A DNA stretch of 64,000 bases from Eledone cirrhosa (lineage: Eukaryota): the NCBI GenBank assembly GCA_964016885.1, contig OZ024742.1:207576001-207640000 (forward strand), read 5' to 3'. A program made the translations under genes and the position numbers. Below, piece after piece: positions 11,465 to 25,169 of this stretch; position 1 is the stretch's first letter, and each line of letters opens with the position of its first letter. The notes under the pieces were generated by a model, which worked only from the letters and a program-made list of their open reading frames with translations, did not search any database and was not told the origin of the DNA.

Positions 11465-14400
11465 CAGGTTGCTCATGAGCACTACAAATAACATGTAATC
11501 CAGTACAAGCTGATGCATGGTCGGGTCGTCGGCGACTAAACCGGCAACTCCACCGAGCTTGCTTGGTGAGGGAGGGTGGTATACCCTGAGGGATAAAATA
11601 AAACTCGACAAAGGGTGGTGGAACTCAATAGAGTCAACAGCCATTCAAATACTGTGTACATGTGTATATGTACATGTATATGTATATTTTATATATCCTG
11701 GGATGTCTGTTTGCATACGTATACCTTTATGTATACATTTTTTAATTCTTTTAACGTTTTATAAAAAAATGTTCAAACCTTTCAATCTCTCGTCTCTTAC
11801 ATATTTGCGGATGTGTATACATTTTAATTCTTTTTGGTTTTCAGTGTGTACACGTGTGCGCATGGACTGGAAATACCTGGGTTGGCGTCCAGGCGCACAT
11901 ATAGCTCGCTAGGAGTAGGATTGAATGCCCCCTTAGCTGCTGTCACAACACTTCTCTAGGTGAGGGAAACTCCGAATAAACACCTGTGGTGTTGAGGGCA
12001 CCTGTTGATGTTGACCAGTTCTTCTTTTCGGTATATGCTCTCCACACTCAGCGAGTGGCATTAGTTCTGTGCAAGGCTTTTCTTCCTTTAAAAAAACTTT
12101 CAAGTACAGGCATCACCTGATCGATTTGAACAAATGAGTTGTTGCATTGTTGCTGGCAGTAGCCAAACAAGGTAAACATATTAAATGATGAACCATGATA
12201 ATGTACGAATTAATGGAAATGGGGTCTCTGGAATTGGTGGTGAAAGGGTCTGGCCCGTCAGATGTCGCATGGCACCACAGCATGGGCCCGGTTGTCATCC
12301 TGCCACTGAGGAGAAGAAGAGGAAGAAGTTTAAACCTATGAATATTAGTTGCTGGAACATCGGGGCCACATTAGATTTTGTGTCTTCAGAATCACGACCA
12401 GAGAGAAGATCAGCTCTTTTTGCCAAAAGCTAAGACGATACAATACGGACATTGTTGTCTGAAACAAGAGTAAATGAAGAAGGTCATATCATTGAGATGA
12501 CCAGTGTCTACACGTTTTCCTGGAGTGGCAGAGCGGCACCATGCAAAGGGAAGTAGATGTGGTTTTACAGTGAAAACGTCTTTGGTGTCGACACTTCATC
12601 AATTTCCAAGTGGCATCAGCGATTGCCTCATGTCAATGAGAATTCCTCTGGCGTACAATTGCTACCGTCAGTGTATAGGCCGTGATGATGAATTCCAATG
12701 AAGACGAGAAACTCGCTTTTTACTCTGAAGGAACTTGTCAAAATTGTCGTACTTGGTGATCTCAACGTACGTTTTGTCAGGGATTATGAGACTTGGGATG
12801 TGATTAGCAGACATGGCATAGAGAAATGTAAAGGCAATGGTCTCCACTTACTGCAGATGTGTGTGGAGTTAGATTTATTCATTGCAAACACGTTTTTCCA
12901 GAAAAAGGATAAGTTCAAGACAACATGGATGCACTCTGGGTTGAAAGTGTGGCATTTGAACGACTATGTTCTTGTGAATAAACGTGGCAAGCAGGATATC
13001 AAACATGTGCTTGTGCTGCATGGTGTATAGTGCTTTCAACACCTTCCTCTGGTGCGAACCAAGGCAAACTTCGTGATCAAACCTCAAACAAGAGGAAATG
13101 GTATCAAGATTCCAAAGCGTTTGAATATAGATCGTATGAAAGCTAAGGGTGTCAAGGAAGAGCTGTGTCGCAAGCTTGAGAGCATTGATTGTCTGAACAA
13201 TTGGAATGACTTCAGGAGTTCGGTCTATGATTTTTCAGCAGAGGTCCTTGGACTTGTCACAAGAAAACACTAGACTGCTTTCATGAGAATGACCAGGAGG
13301 TCAAGACTCTGCTGGACAGAAAACAAAAGACACTCGCTGCAATTCTTAAAGGCGGTAGCTCTGTTGTAGACTATTATAAGCCATACCGACTGGTAAAGAA
13401 GGAGGTGCAGGTGATACTCAGGGCCATACAAAATACCTGGTGGAGCAACAAAGCAGATGAGGTTCAAGCAGCATCTGATGGCAATAATGTGTAACTGTTG
13501 CACACTCTACTCAGAGAAGTGTATTGCCCTTTCAGCTCACAAGTGGCACCTTTCAGGTCGAAAGATAGCAAGCAGTTACAGAGCGATCCGAAAAACATAC
13601 TCGACAAATGGAGAGATCACTTTCATGAGATCTTGAACCAGCCATCCCATGTTGATGATGATTTCATTGCTCCATTCTTATTTGAACCAGTGAAGCATGA
13701 AATGGGCGATGTACCTTCTCTTGCAGAGGTGACCTCCGCTGTACATAAGCTGAAGTGTGGTAAGTCTACTGGTATGGATGGTCTGAGTGCAAAGGTTTTG
13801 AAGTGCGGTGGTTAAAACCTCACGCAGCGCCTCCTGACTGACCTCATGAAAAAGGTGTTGGAAGATGAGAGTGTCCCACAAGATTGGAAGGATGCACTCA
13901 TGGCTATTCTACATAAAGGAGAGGGTGGGAAAACAAATGTGGCAATTATCGTGGTATGTCACTTTTTTCAGTAGTTGATAAAGTCATGTATCAAATTTTG
14001 ATGGATAGATTGGTCTCAAATGTTACTCTGAATTTGTTGCCTGAGTCGCAGTGTGTGTTCAGAAACGAAAGAGGAGCAGTAGAGTTTATATCAGGCAAGC
14101 ACGAATGTATTAATATCTATAATCTGAGAGTTTCTGTATGCAGATAACTGTGAACTATTTGTACACTCACAAAGTGACATGCAGCTTATTATGAACACTT
14201 TTTTCTGAAGCTTACAGCGCTTTGGGCCTCACAATAAGCTTGGGAAAGACTGTTGTATTGTACCAGCCAGCACCAGGGAAAGAATACACTAAACCAAGTG
14301 TGTACGTGTACGGAAAGAGGCTAAATGTTGCTCACAAGTTTGTTTACTTTGGCAGTACGTTGAACAATTCTTGCAATGATGAGATATCCTTGAGAATCAA

Positions 14401-15145
14401 GAAAGCCAGTCATACTTTTGAATGGCTGACTGAACGTTTATGGTCCCGAAGATGTATCAACATTGAAAACAAGGTGAAAGTGCATCTGATTTGTGTCGCC
14501 TCCTCTTTGCCTTATGCTTGTGAAACGTGGTTCACATAAAGAAAGCACCCCAAGGAACTGGAGAGGTTTCACCACAATCTCTTCATAAGTTACCTAGAGT
14601 ACGATGGAAAATGTTCATCAGTTATTTGGAAGTTCTCGAACGGAGCAGGTGGGGGCATAGAGTGCATGATTTTTCTTCATCGGTTGAGGTGGTGCGGTCA
14701 CGTGGTCCAGATGTCTGATGATCGTATTCCAAAGCAACTTCTCTACGGCGAACTCTGTGAAGGAAGGTGACCACCACACAAAGCAAAAATGCTGTACCGG
14801 GACTGTATTAGAGGCACCTTGGCTAGCGCTGGAATTTCATCTGACAAATGGGAGAAAATCGCTCAGGAGCGAGTGAAGTGGAGACGTTTGATTTTATTAG
14901 GAAGTGAACACTTTGAAACACGTCGAAGAGAACACCTAACACTGAATGGGAGGTCGTAAAAGACACATGAGAACACACAGTCAGAATCAAGTAACAGAAA
15001 ATCCCTTAAGAACCGAGAGTTGCCATGTGTATGCCAAAGGGTGCAGGTCTTTGGCTGGTTTAAAGATCCATGATCGTGTATCGCATTTTTTTAGCATTTT
15101 ATCGGGTAATGGCAATGCTCGAACACGAGTTTGCAGCCATCATAT
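11465..15145 (+). mobile_element. Near full-length decayed RTE-clade LINE (5' UTR, APE endonuclease, RT, C-terminal region, 3' tail)
   Basis: Fragments NISCWNI, RPERRSAL, VVLGDLN, TTWMH..WHLNDYVLV, GKSTGMDG, FVYFGS, LPYACETW and RIPKQLLYGEL, with many stops and frameshifts. Tail gcagccatcat at about 15133-15143. An unrelated AT-rich stretch lies near 11650-11860. Confidence 0.88.
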
Positions 15146-15294
15146 ATGTATGACAGAGGAGAGTCAACGGATATCCAATACGTATTAATTTTTTTGATTT
15201 TTTTTGTGGAGAGAAAGATTCCTAGTCTACATTGAAACATCTCTCTAGGAGAAGGACACTCTTTTATAAAACCTGTAACTTTCTTTTGCATCCA

Positions 15295-15530
15295 ATGATG
15301 TAGACGAGTTCTACGTATTAGGTAAATGCATTCGATGCTCAGAGAGTGGGATTGGACCCGTGAAAAGCCTTTCCTCATTCAGAAATGCTCCAAGCACAAG
15401 CATCGCTTGATATGTGACATCTTTTGTGATGCATCGCATGGGTGGCCATAGGCAAGTTCCAAGCAGGACTAGGAAGCCACGACCGTGATGCTCATTCTTA
15501 AGTTTGAAATTGAGTTGCAGCTATCAAGTA
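15295..15530 (+). mobile_element. Non-autonomous RTE derivative remnant
   Basis: tgatgtagacgagttct...caagcacaagcatcgcttg resembles the RTE 5' UTR segment at 4770 and 12005. It ends ttgcagctatca followed by (gtat)-like repeats. Confidence 0.5.
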
Positions 15531-17014
15531 TGATTGTATGTGTGTATGTATGTATGCATGTATGTTTGCATGCATGTATGTTTATATGTATGTACGTACG
15601 TATGCGATTATGTATGCATGTAAATGTGTATATACACATGTACCCACGTATGTGAAATAACTTTTTGCACTGTCATTTTCCATCATCATGTCCGTTTACT
15701 TTGGAAATCGACAATATATAACTTTAGTTAGTATTTTACCCTTGAATTGTGGTAAATGAGTAATACATGTGAGTTTTAAAGGAAACATGATGACCGAATA
15801 GAATCATGATATTCAACATTAAAAAGATAAAAACAAAAATTGGCTTCTATCGAAATGTGAGAATTTCTATAAAGTCTTAAACGTTGCAGTCTTGTATAAT
15901 TTATTTAACAGAATGAAGAACATATGTTCGTATGCGTCTTTCTAAGAAATTGGAAAGAAGTAGATTTGGCAGGGCAGGGTTTTAGAGTTGACTAGTTTTT
16001 TTATCTGATATTTTTTTTATTACAGTACCATGAATAAAAATTCTTTGCAAAGAGGAACTTGAAACGTAAAGGCAAATATACATTAAGTGAACATTTAGCT
16101 TTAACCGTTTATATAATACTGTAATATATTTCTTTCAAAGAAATCTCCAACTATTTGAATGTGTCAAATTTCTACATGCTGATAGGTCTAAGACACCTAC
16201 CTTTTCAAATAACACAAATAGTTTGCGAGGAATTATATCATACATGAATATAAATATATAATATAGAAAATGTCTATTATGTTTAATTAGTTTAATAGAT
16301 GCTTACATAAAATTTATTTAAGTGTATAAAACTCTTTGAGAAATTAGAGATTATATTTGATAAGAACTGCTATTGAAACCAGCTACATTGGTTTCTAGTC
16401 TGTTGGTTTCTAATAACGAAGCTTAGTCAAAATATTTCCTTTACAAAGTTAACAGTAAATGAAATCTGTAAGAAAACAGCAACAACAAAACAAACTTTTA
16501 ATTTCGAATACTCTAAATATTGCTTCGAATTTACGACAGAGAACTATAAAAATAAATTGTCAGCAGCAGTATAGAATATCTTTGGTGTTAAAATAACGAC
16601 TTCTATGTCTACAAAAAAGTCGAGATTAAAGAAACCACTTAATGCCTGCACGAAAACCTCTACATATCTTATTATCATTCCATAATGTAAGAACATGCCA
16701 GCTGGGCATGGAGATTTGTGAATTCCGGAATTCAATTTAGTTATATAATTAATTTGGTTGTTTCAGTGAGGATATAACTTATATTAGACACTTTCTAAAC
16801 GATATGAAAGAAAATTCTCGAATATATATATTGTATTTTCGTTGTTATAGTATCAATGTGGCTATGTCGCAATTTTCACTGTGTCACACACTTAACGTAT
16901 TGTTATTAGTCTGAGATATAATCTATCGATTTATCGATATCACCTCATTGAGTGCTTCGTGCCAGCCTCAAAAGATTGATTTTCAAAACTGCTAATCGCA
17001 GCTGCAAATTCGAT

Positions 17015-17276
17015 TTAAAGTACCAGTAATGCTCTGGGTAATTGCTGGCCTTGTGCCAAAAGTAGAAACAATTATTATTATTGGCGGTGGATTGGCAGTA
17101 TCGGTAGAGGGTCGGACGCCATGCTTTGCCGCATAGAGTTATGGCCCTTTATGATCTGAGTTCAAATGCCGCCGAGGTTAACATTGCCTTTCATCCTTTC
17201 ATCATAAAATAAAGTACCAGTAATGCACTGGGTAATTGCTGGCCTTGTGCCAAAAGTATAAACAATTATTATTATT
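17015..17276 (+). mobile_element. SINE 3' fragment followed by a full SINE copy
   Basis: Match to the family consensus. Confidence 0.9.
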
Positions 17277-17479
17277 GGCGACCTACGTAGGAAATTGTAT
17301 TATCATGAGCTCCACAAATGTTTGTTGTTTTCAGTTGTCTCAAATTGACATTTATGGAAAATGTTTGTTGTTAAGTGTTTATAAGTTCATATATATTGCT
17401 TTCTGAAAAGGACAGTAAATAATATTTAGCCCAAAATTTTAACTTTATTTTATCAAACAAACATTTCTTTAAAAAAAAA

Positions 17480-20400
17480 CATGGACGGCATTCGGCTTCC
17501 CAAATCTGCTAACAGCAGTTCTAACATAGCAACATCTCCCACCACCACCATTTTAAACCTTGCTACGGTCGCCAAAACCGAAAATATGTTCGCTAACAGT
17601 AGCAGCAGCGGTGGCATTATTTAGATTTGTCACAGACATGGAATTCCCGCCATTACCAATGTCTACAGGGGTTAAAGCCGCCATCTCCACCACAACAATG
17701 TCGAAGAGTACATCCAACACCACCACAGCAACAACTGAAACAAAAAATAAATTATGTCGTGATATCGAAATGGATTCACACAAAATGGACTCTAACACAC
17801 CGAACGGCACTGACACCACCACCACAACAATAACTGAAACTAAAAATAATAATAACAAAAATACCAATAACAACAACAGCAACAACAGCAACAATAAGAA
17901 TAACAACATCAACATCACAACAACACCAGTGCAAAACCAAAAGTGTCGTTTGCTAAAGCGGCGAACAAAAACGAAATGATTGAGGTAAGCTAGGAAGAAT
18001 TGAATGAAGCGAAGCGGATGGTAAAGAAATATGGTCAACGAGTCAGTTTACGCCCCCCCCCCTCCCACATCTAATACCATGGAGCATCGGCGCCTATGCA
18101 CCGTATAATTTCGCACAATAAATATAAAAACACGCCCAGTGGAGCGGGCATCCGAGTCCCAGATACAAAAAGCTTTGGAACATGTGTGGGATAAAAAAAA
18201 CCCATTTCAGACGTGGGAAATAATATGGAACCATGGAATCCCACAGGAAGCCAGAGATCACTCCATGGCCCCATTAAAAGTGACTAGTTAACACTCGTCC
18301 CTAGCTATTGTGGTCAGAGTCTGGTAAGAATCAGGGGGACCCAGGTTCCGCGCCAGAATTAGCACCAGCGCCTCCACCATCCACAACGCCACAACCAAAG
18401 ACAACGCCTGGGGAGGATTTTCCACTACCCGAGCTCTCTCAACTGGAGATTGACAGTGACGACGAGGAGGAGTGGGAAACTATATATGGAAAAAAAAAAG
18501 AAACCAGAAAAGAAAAAAATCCTCTTCCTTCGCCCTCCAAAAACAAAATGCAGGGCGAAACAAACAGACAAAGTAACACAAAAGTTAAGACAGCTATGCC
18601 ACCACCCACACTAGCATCGCCAGCCACATCACCACAGGCACCAACACCATCACTATCATCAACCCCAACGCAACCATCACCAACACCCCAAAAATCACCA
18701 AAAAGCGAAACACAAACAAACCCACAACAAACGCAAACACAACAAAACAACCAAAACGATACACACTACACAGCATTAAATGTGATCAACAACTTTATTT
18801 TATCAACCCCGTAAGGTTGAAAGGCAAAGTTAACCTCAAATCCCGCCGAGGTTAACTTTGTCTTTCATCCTTACGGGGTCGATAAAATAAAGTACCAGTA
18901 ATGCACTGGGTAATTGCTGGCCTTGTGCCAAAAGGAGAAACAATTAAATGTGAACAACAACCAATTATTACACTACATCCAACACAACACCAGCATCACA
19001 GAAAAGACTACACAACACCCCCAAAATTCACACCACCCAACCCACGCACATACAAATCACTCGTATCACACAGAAAACATACACAACACTAAAATTAAAA
19101 TTCCTCAAGGACATCGGAGATTCCGATAAACATTTTAGAGGAGGATTTATTAAGACATCCTTCCGGTGGGGCCCACAAACAGTGAGAGGGACGCAAAAGC
19201 GATCCTTCCTCCACAGAAAGTGAGGTAAGTGGTCTTTCCCATCTTTTTCCACTCCTTTTCAACATGACCTCACTCAGAATAGGCAGCATAAATGCGCGTG
19301 GCCTGAGGTCGTCATGGAAGCAACGCCACCTGCTCAACGACCTCAGGTCACTAAACATAGATGTGGTGGCCATCATCGAGACCAGAATCTCCGAAGCACG
19401 AGACTTCGCACCGATCTTCGGCGGCTACGATCTATACGCATCTCCCAGTCGTCCAGTATCGAGGGGTGGAGTTGGTGTGCTTTTTCCGAGAGGCTTGGAT
19501 CACGCCATATAGGCCATATTCCTGGACCCAGAAGGTAAGTTGGTGGTACTGGACGTGACCAGCGGACAAGAGCAAGCTTTCAGGCTAGTGGCCTCTATGT
19601 CTCGACAGGAGCAGAGCGGCCTGATTTCTTCTGGCGTCTGGAGGCCTTTCTTGGAACGTCCCGCGACAGGAACGGTATCTTAGATTTATGCTGGGCCCGT
19701 GTGGGATTAGCCGATATAGGAGAAGGGTGTAATATCCTCGCAAACCTGCTCAGACGTTTTCAACTGTCTGACAGGTAACGTCTGGATTTTCCGAATGTGC
19801 CAATGTGGACTTGGACAAACCGCATCGGATCACCAAGATCATATCTAGATAGGGTATCTTGTAGGGAAATAGAGTGGTCTAGCATAGGCTGTCCACAATT
19901 GAAAATAGTAGACTACACGGACCACAAATTCGTGATCTGTGAGGTTGACTTAGATATGCTTCATAGACAGGGACCTGGCTACTGGAAGCTAAAAGCGTCA
20001 TTAACAGCGCGCAAGGCATACAGAGACCGGATTAGTGAACTAGTTAAGCGGGCGTTGACGGGAGACATCGTCAACAACAAATGGTGGTTTTCTCTGAAAA
20101 GAGCGATTAGAATAGAGTCAAAATGAATAGAGAACAATAGAGCAAAGGGAGAATTAGTTAGAAAATTAGAGGAGCCGCTTAGTAAAGGCATCGCGGAGAA
20201 ATAGGCCCTTGACCAATTCTTCAATGCAAAGCACGAAGGCTGTGTTTTCTGAGCTTGTTTGCGTGCTCTCAGACACGAGGGGGACGAAAGCCATTCAATG
20301 GGCCCTAGTGGTGGAGGCGCGTCGTGGCAACAAAGCCACGATCCGGTCTTTGGTGGACCACGACGGGCGCATGCTACTCGATCCCGGACAAATGTGTGAA

Positions 20401-22860
20401 GCTATTCAGCGACTCTTCGCTTAGCTGTTCGAGGGCAGCGGTGAGCCGGATCGAGGGATGGACTTTAGTGTCTACCTTGACGGACTGTCGTGGCTCTCGG
20501 CCACTGAGGCGGAGTGTTGTGAAAAGCCGATGAGAGCAGCTGAAATACGGGAGGCAATGACTGGTTGCACAAGGGGTAAATCGCCTGGTTTGGATGGTCT
20601 GCCCTATGAACTTTACGTACAAATGCCATACTTGTTCGGAGGCCTCTTGGCGAACGTCTACTGCAACTGGCAACAGAACAGGAGAATTCCCAGCTCTGTG
20701 AGTCGAGGAGCGGTGGCGCTGCTGAGAAAGGATCCGAAGAAGGAGGATAACATAGATAATTTTAGGCCCATAACTCTGCTAAACACAGAGTTCAAGATTT
20801 TGGCCAAGGTGCTAGCAAAGAGGTTGGCGCTTGTCGTTGGTGGTCTGGCGCAGACATGCGCCATTCCATACAGATCCACCACGACAACCTCCACCTCATT
20901 AGATACATCGTGGAGAGGGTAGCTAGGGAAACTGGCACGGGTGTGTCCTTGATCAATTTAGATCAGTCGAAAGCTTTCGATAGGGTCGACCATCGTTATC
21001 TGGCGGCAGTCCTGAGAGCGGCTGGCTTTGGGCCCGTCTTCAGAGGCTGGATCGCTGCCATGCACAGCGATATCTGCTCTGTGGTGAGAGTGAACGGTCA
21101 CCTATTGCAACCGTTCAACATCATGCGCTCGTTCCGCGAAGGTTGTCCCCTACGTCCCTCTTGTACGTATTGACTCTCGAGCCATTACTGCACCAACTGG
21201 AGACGTTGAGTGGGGTCCCGCCCGAACTAGAATGCGGAAGATCCGTGTTAGCATATGCGGACGATGTCACCGTAGTGGTGTCGAATGGCAAACACATCAA
21301 GGCGATCGGCACTACACTAAGAGAATACGAAGCTGTGACACAAGCAATGATCAACCAGGAAAAGTCGGAGGGCTTGCAGCTCGGCACCTGGAGAGGCAGG
21401 TCCATGCCGTCCAACAGCGTCGACGGACCGGTTAAATTGCTAGGGGTCTGGTTCGGTCCGGACCTCCAGACGGACAAAAACTGGGACGAGGTGACGAGCA
21501 GGTTGGCTTCTCTCACCCAGTAATGGGTGGAGAGGAAGCCATTCCTGAAAGGTCGAGCGGAGGGGGCTAACGCGTACATTACGTCCGTCATCTACTACCG
21601 CCTGACCGGCGTACCTTGTGATAAGCCCCGCCTGACTGCGCTGGAGCGTTTGCTCTTTCGCTTTTTGTGGAAGAGACGCGCTCCGATGGTCAGGCGGTCC
21701 ATCTGCTGTCAACGCCCGCTACGTGGAGGGCAGGGAATGCCGTGGCTGATGATGCGCAGACACGCGCTCAGGCTACGACATCTCCACCTCTTCCTCGACG
21801 GTGATCAGGTGTGGTCGCCGTTTGCTAGACGCGTTTTCCCCAGCCAGCTCGTCTCCTTGGCGGAGCTGAAGTCCTGGGTCAAGCGAAGACCGAGAGGGAG
21901 CGGTTGGAGACTGGAATGTCTTCAGGCGCTCACAGCCCTTGACCAATCGGGCAATGTGATCGGTGGAAACTCCACCTCGGCGTTCTATAGAAGCTTAGTG
22001 GAGGGAAAGAGCGACGACGTACTTGGGCAAACTCTAGGCGTCGACGAAAATCAACTAGCCAATCTCTTCGGAAGAAATTTCGGGCCGGGGCCTATGGACA
22101 ACTTCTAGAAATCCCTGGCCTGGCAGTGCTACCGAGGAGCTTTGCCAGTTCGGGATAAACTTTACAGGCATGGAGGTTCCGTCAGCCGGGCATGTCCGAG
22201 ATGCGCGAAGTGCGACGAAACGGTCCTGCACGCACACGTCCAGTGTCCGAGTATTGCTGACTTGTGGGTTTATGTTGAACATCTGCTGTCGCGTGTAGGA
22301 CGGATCCAGCTATCAGCTGAGTCCATTGTGAGGCTTGCCCCGCCTTCTTCCTTTAGCCGAGAAGGGCAGGCAATTTTTATCTGTCTGGTGGCCATGGCAA
22401 AAGAGATAGTATGTTGGACACGTTTGAAAGGGCTGAAGACTAGCACTTACCTCTTCGGTGATGCCCTGATTAAATTTTTCAAATTTCATTTGAAAAGGAA
22501 AATCAGGGTAGAGAGAGGAGTGCTCTCTTCCCAGCATTGTGTTGAAAGATGGGTGAGAGAGGCAAGAACGGCCCGAGTGAATGGGCCTACTTTGAGTATG
22601 TGTCTGTAAATTAAAGGTGGAAAACTGGGCGAGGGCTCTTGCCCTGGTGGTCAGTGTCACTGTGGCTTTTTTAATGGTCTTTCTCCACGAATGTGCCTCG
22701 GAAGTCTTCCCACTATTGGGGAATTTTTCATTGTTTTTTTTTGTTACATCCTCTGTTTTTGTTTTTTTACACGCAGAAATGCCCATTTGTACCGCCCTGT
22801 ATTATGCTGTACTGTCCTTAATGTCTTACTTTGTGTAAACCCTTGTGTTTAATAAAGTAT
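17480..22860 (+). mobile_element. Decayed Tx1/L1-clade LINE: low-complexity ORF1 region, ORF2 (APE-RT-zinc finger) at about 19264-22609, and 3' UTR
   Basis: ORF2 fragments SINARGL..ETR, SYLDRV..TDHK..GPGYWKL, KSPGLDGLPYE, FRPITLLNTEFKILAK, LDQSKAFDRVDH, AYADD and CPRC...ETVLHAHVQC. aataaa at 22851. The 5' boundary is uncertain. Confidence 0.88.
18792..18945. mobile_element. Fold-back SINE fragment inserted in the Tx1 ORF1 region
   Basis: actttattttatcaaccccgtaagg...gttaacctc is followed after 10 nt by its complement gaggttaac...gataaaataaagt and then the normal SINE tail. Confidence 0.85.
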
Positions 22861-22871
22861 TCATTACAACT

Positions 22872-22962
22872 TCGCCTTTCATCCTTACGGGGTCGATAAC
22901 ATAAAGTACCAGTAATGTACTGGGTAATTGCTGGCCTTGTTCCAAAAGTAGAAACAAGTATT
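22872..22962 (+). mobile_element. SINE 3' half
   Basis: gcctttcatccttacggggtcgataac...aaagtagaaacaa. Confidence 0.85.
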
Positions 22963-22964
22963 AT

Positions 22965-24230
22965 AAGAGCCAAACGCAACTTTTCAACTGTTATATTTTC
23001 CCATGTTTGTTCCTCAAGATGAGCTGTATCTTTCATATTTATGTCTATCCATGGGGCATGTATATTATGAACTTTTTCTCCGACCCAGATATTTACCCAG
23101 AATTCTTGCACTTCCTCCTTGGGTGGTATTGATTTAGTAGTTATTGTTGACTTGCCAATTTTTCTGTAGATGTTGCTTTGGTTGTTTTTGAACATATTGA
23201 CCTTATAGAATCTAAATCGTTTTTCAAAGCGACTTATACGAGCAGCTTTGGCCGACACATTTTGTTTGATTATTTCTATCAGCATGTCTATGTCACTTGT
23301 TGATTTTATACTGTATTTTCTTTTCAATTTTCTAAGTTTAGTTTCTTTAACATGTTCACCTACTTTGAAGTTTGTTAACATGTCTTAGTCAGATCGGAGA
23401 AGGTTTATTTGGCGATTGATGTTCTCTTGCCAAAGGGGTTTCTTGTGGGAATTCCTTTGTTTTTCATTTTCACTCCACATAAGTGAGTGGTGACTTTAGC
23501 CGATGCATAATAGAGATGATTTAGATCAGAAATGTTTAGTTTGTTTTTGATGATAATGTTTCTGAGAATTATGTTAGTCTTCTGTATTACCTTTTGGTTC
23601 TGTTTGGAGTTCTGGAACTTAGGGAGAGTGTCTCGTTCGCCCATGTCAGATTCTTTCATTTTCATCCATTCGATCATAATTTCATTCTTCAATCTGGCAA
23701 GTTCATTCTCATTCATTTCTATATCATTTACGATCTCATTGTTTTCATTTTGAGTTTCATCTTGAGCATGCACTCCCTCCACTTTTTCCATCCTTTCTTT
23801 AATTTGTTCTGCTGTCAGTGATTCCGCCCCAAACCTGGGTGTCGTTTTCACTGACACATATTTCATTTTTCGTTGGATTTCTTGGTGGCGAGCATGGAGG
23901 GCCAACAGTAGGAGTATTCCGGTTATGGGAGGTCTCCAGCTCTGAATTGATGGGAAGGTTTGAACCATTAGCTGATTTTTCGACCCCAGTCCATTTCCTC
24001 TCTGAGGGACGCCGCCCTATTCGATTCGGGTGACGGCCGATCCGGTATGAGATTTTAACATTTGACATTGGCTTTATTTTGTTGCGTTTTATCCTTAACT
24101 GCCAAGGGGTAATCATTTCGTGTTACCACTCTTAGGACGAGTGTCAACCAAGACTAGAGGGGTCGTCCTGTGCTAGAGACACGGCTATTCCCCGCCGGCC
24201 GCCATCCCGATGTTTCTTGGTCAAGGGGTT
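22965..24230 (-). mobile_element. 5' part of an R4/Dong-like non-LTR retrotransposon (pre-RT region)
   Basis: ORFs 23405-23968 and 22818-23381 contain KQNVSAKAARISRFEKRFRFYKVNMFKNNQSNIYRKIG...PPKEEVQEFWVNIW...HNIHAPWI, typical of the region before RT in R4/Dong elements. Confidence 0.75.
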
Positions 24231-25169
24231 TTCTTTTTTTTTCTTTTTTAAGTTGTTATTATCATGAGTGGTTCCTTAATGTGGGAACTGCGTGACTTAA
24301 GAATGAAATTATTATTAATAATATAATATACTTTTTGTTGAAGTTGCCTGTTGTTGTTGTTGGCTATGTCGTGGTAGTGCTGGGGCATTTTCTATTGTTG
24401 GTGGGGAAGGGGGAGCCAGCAGAGACATAGTGGTTGACGTTTGACCGGGTCACTAAGTCAGTCTATTAATATCTTTTGCTAGCCCCTCCCTTGTCTAGTG
24501 ATACCGCCACCTTCCCCTTTCTTAAGTTAACAGAAGATAGTGGGGTACCAATGATGGAGTGGTGGCGGCGGTGACTGTAGTGATGGCGTTGTCGCTACTG
24601 AGTTCTGTTTAATAAACTGTAGCTAGTATGCGTTTGTTTGATCTGTATATATATGCGGTTTGTCGCCTATGTTTAATATATATGTAGACAGATATCCTTC
24701 ATATTTGAATTAAACATTTTGAGAAAACTTCAGATACAATAATAGTAATTATTCTTATTATGTTGGGATTGGTGGTGGTGGAGGTGAAATTACCGTTATC
24801 TGGCTGTTGTATTTAGTGTACACAGAGGGGTGGTAGGATAGGTGGTGTATCTAGGTTGTGGTGGTGGTGAAATTGCTGTTATTTGGCTGTTCTATACAGT
24901 GTAGACCGAGGGGCTTTCTTCCATTTATAACCATTTTCTTTTTTAATATAAAATTTATAATACAAAATTGAATATTTGAGCGATATGCTAGAATATTATG
25001 GGTTTTCATTTTCTGAGAGAACAACTGGTGCCTTATGTACAATTGGTACTGAGAATTGTTATATCACAATTGTTTTAAATATGTTAAAAATCAAAAACTT
25101 ACGAGAGCGATTCCATAACATTCTATCCACCACGTGCGTCTACTGCCCTTATTATTATTATTATTAGTT

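Noticed and set aside
15900-16900. Several splice-like sites and short open frames (e.g. 16544-16735 minus; EDITYIRHFLNDMKENSRI plus)
   Set aside because: No consistent strand, phase or recognisable protein could be assembled.
17334-17372. Fucosyltransferase-like peptide LSQIDIYGKC after an acceptor-like site
   Set aside because: Too short, with no other family motifs nearby; likely chance.
24110-24230. HDV-like ribozyme at the R4/Dong 5' end
   Set aside because: GC-rich and in a plausible position, but I could not fit the nested double pseudoknot by eye.
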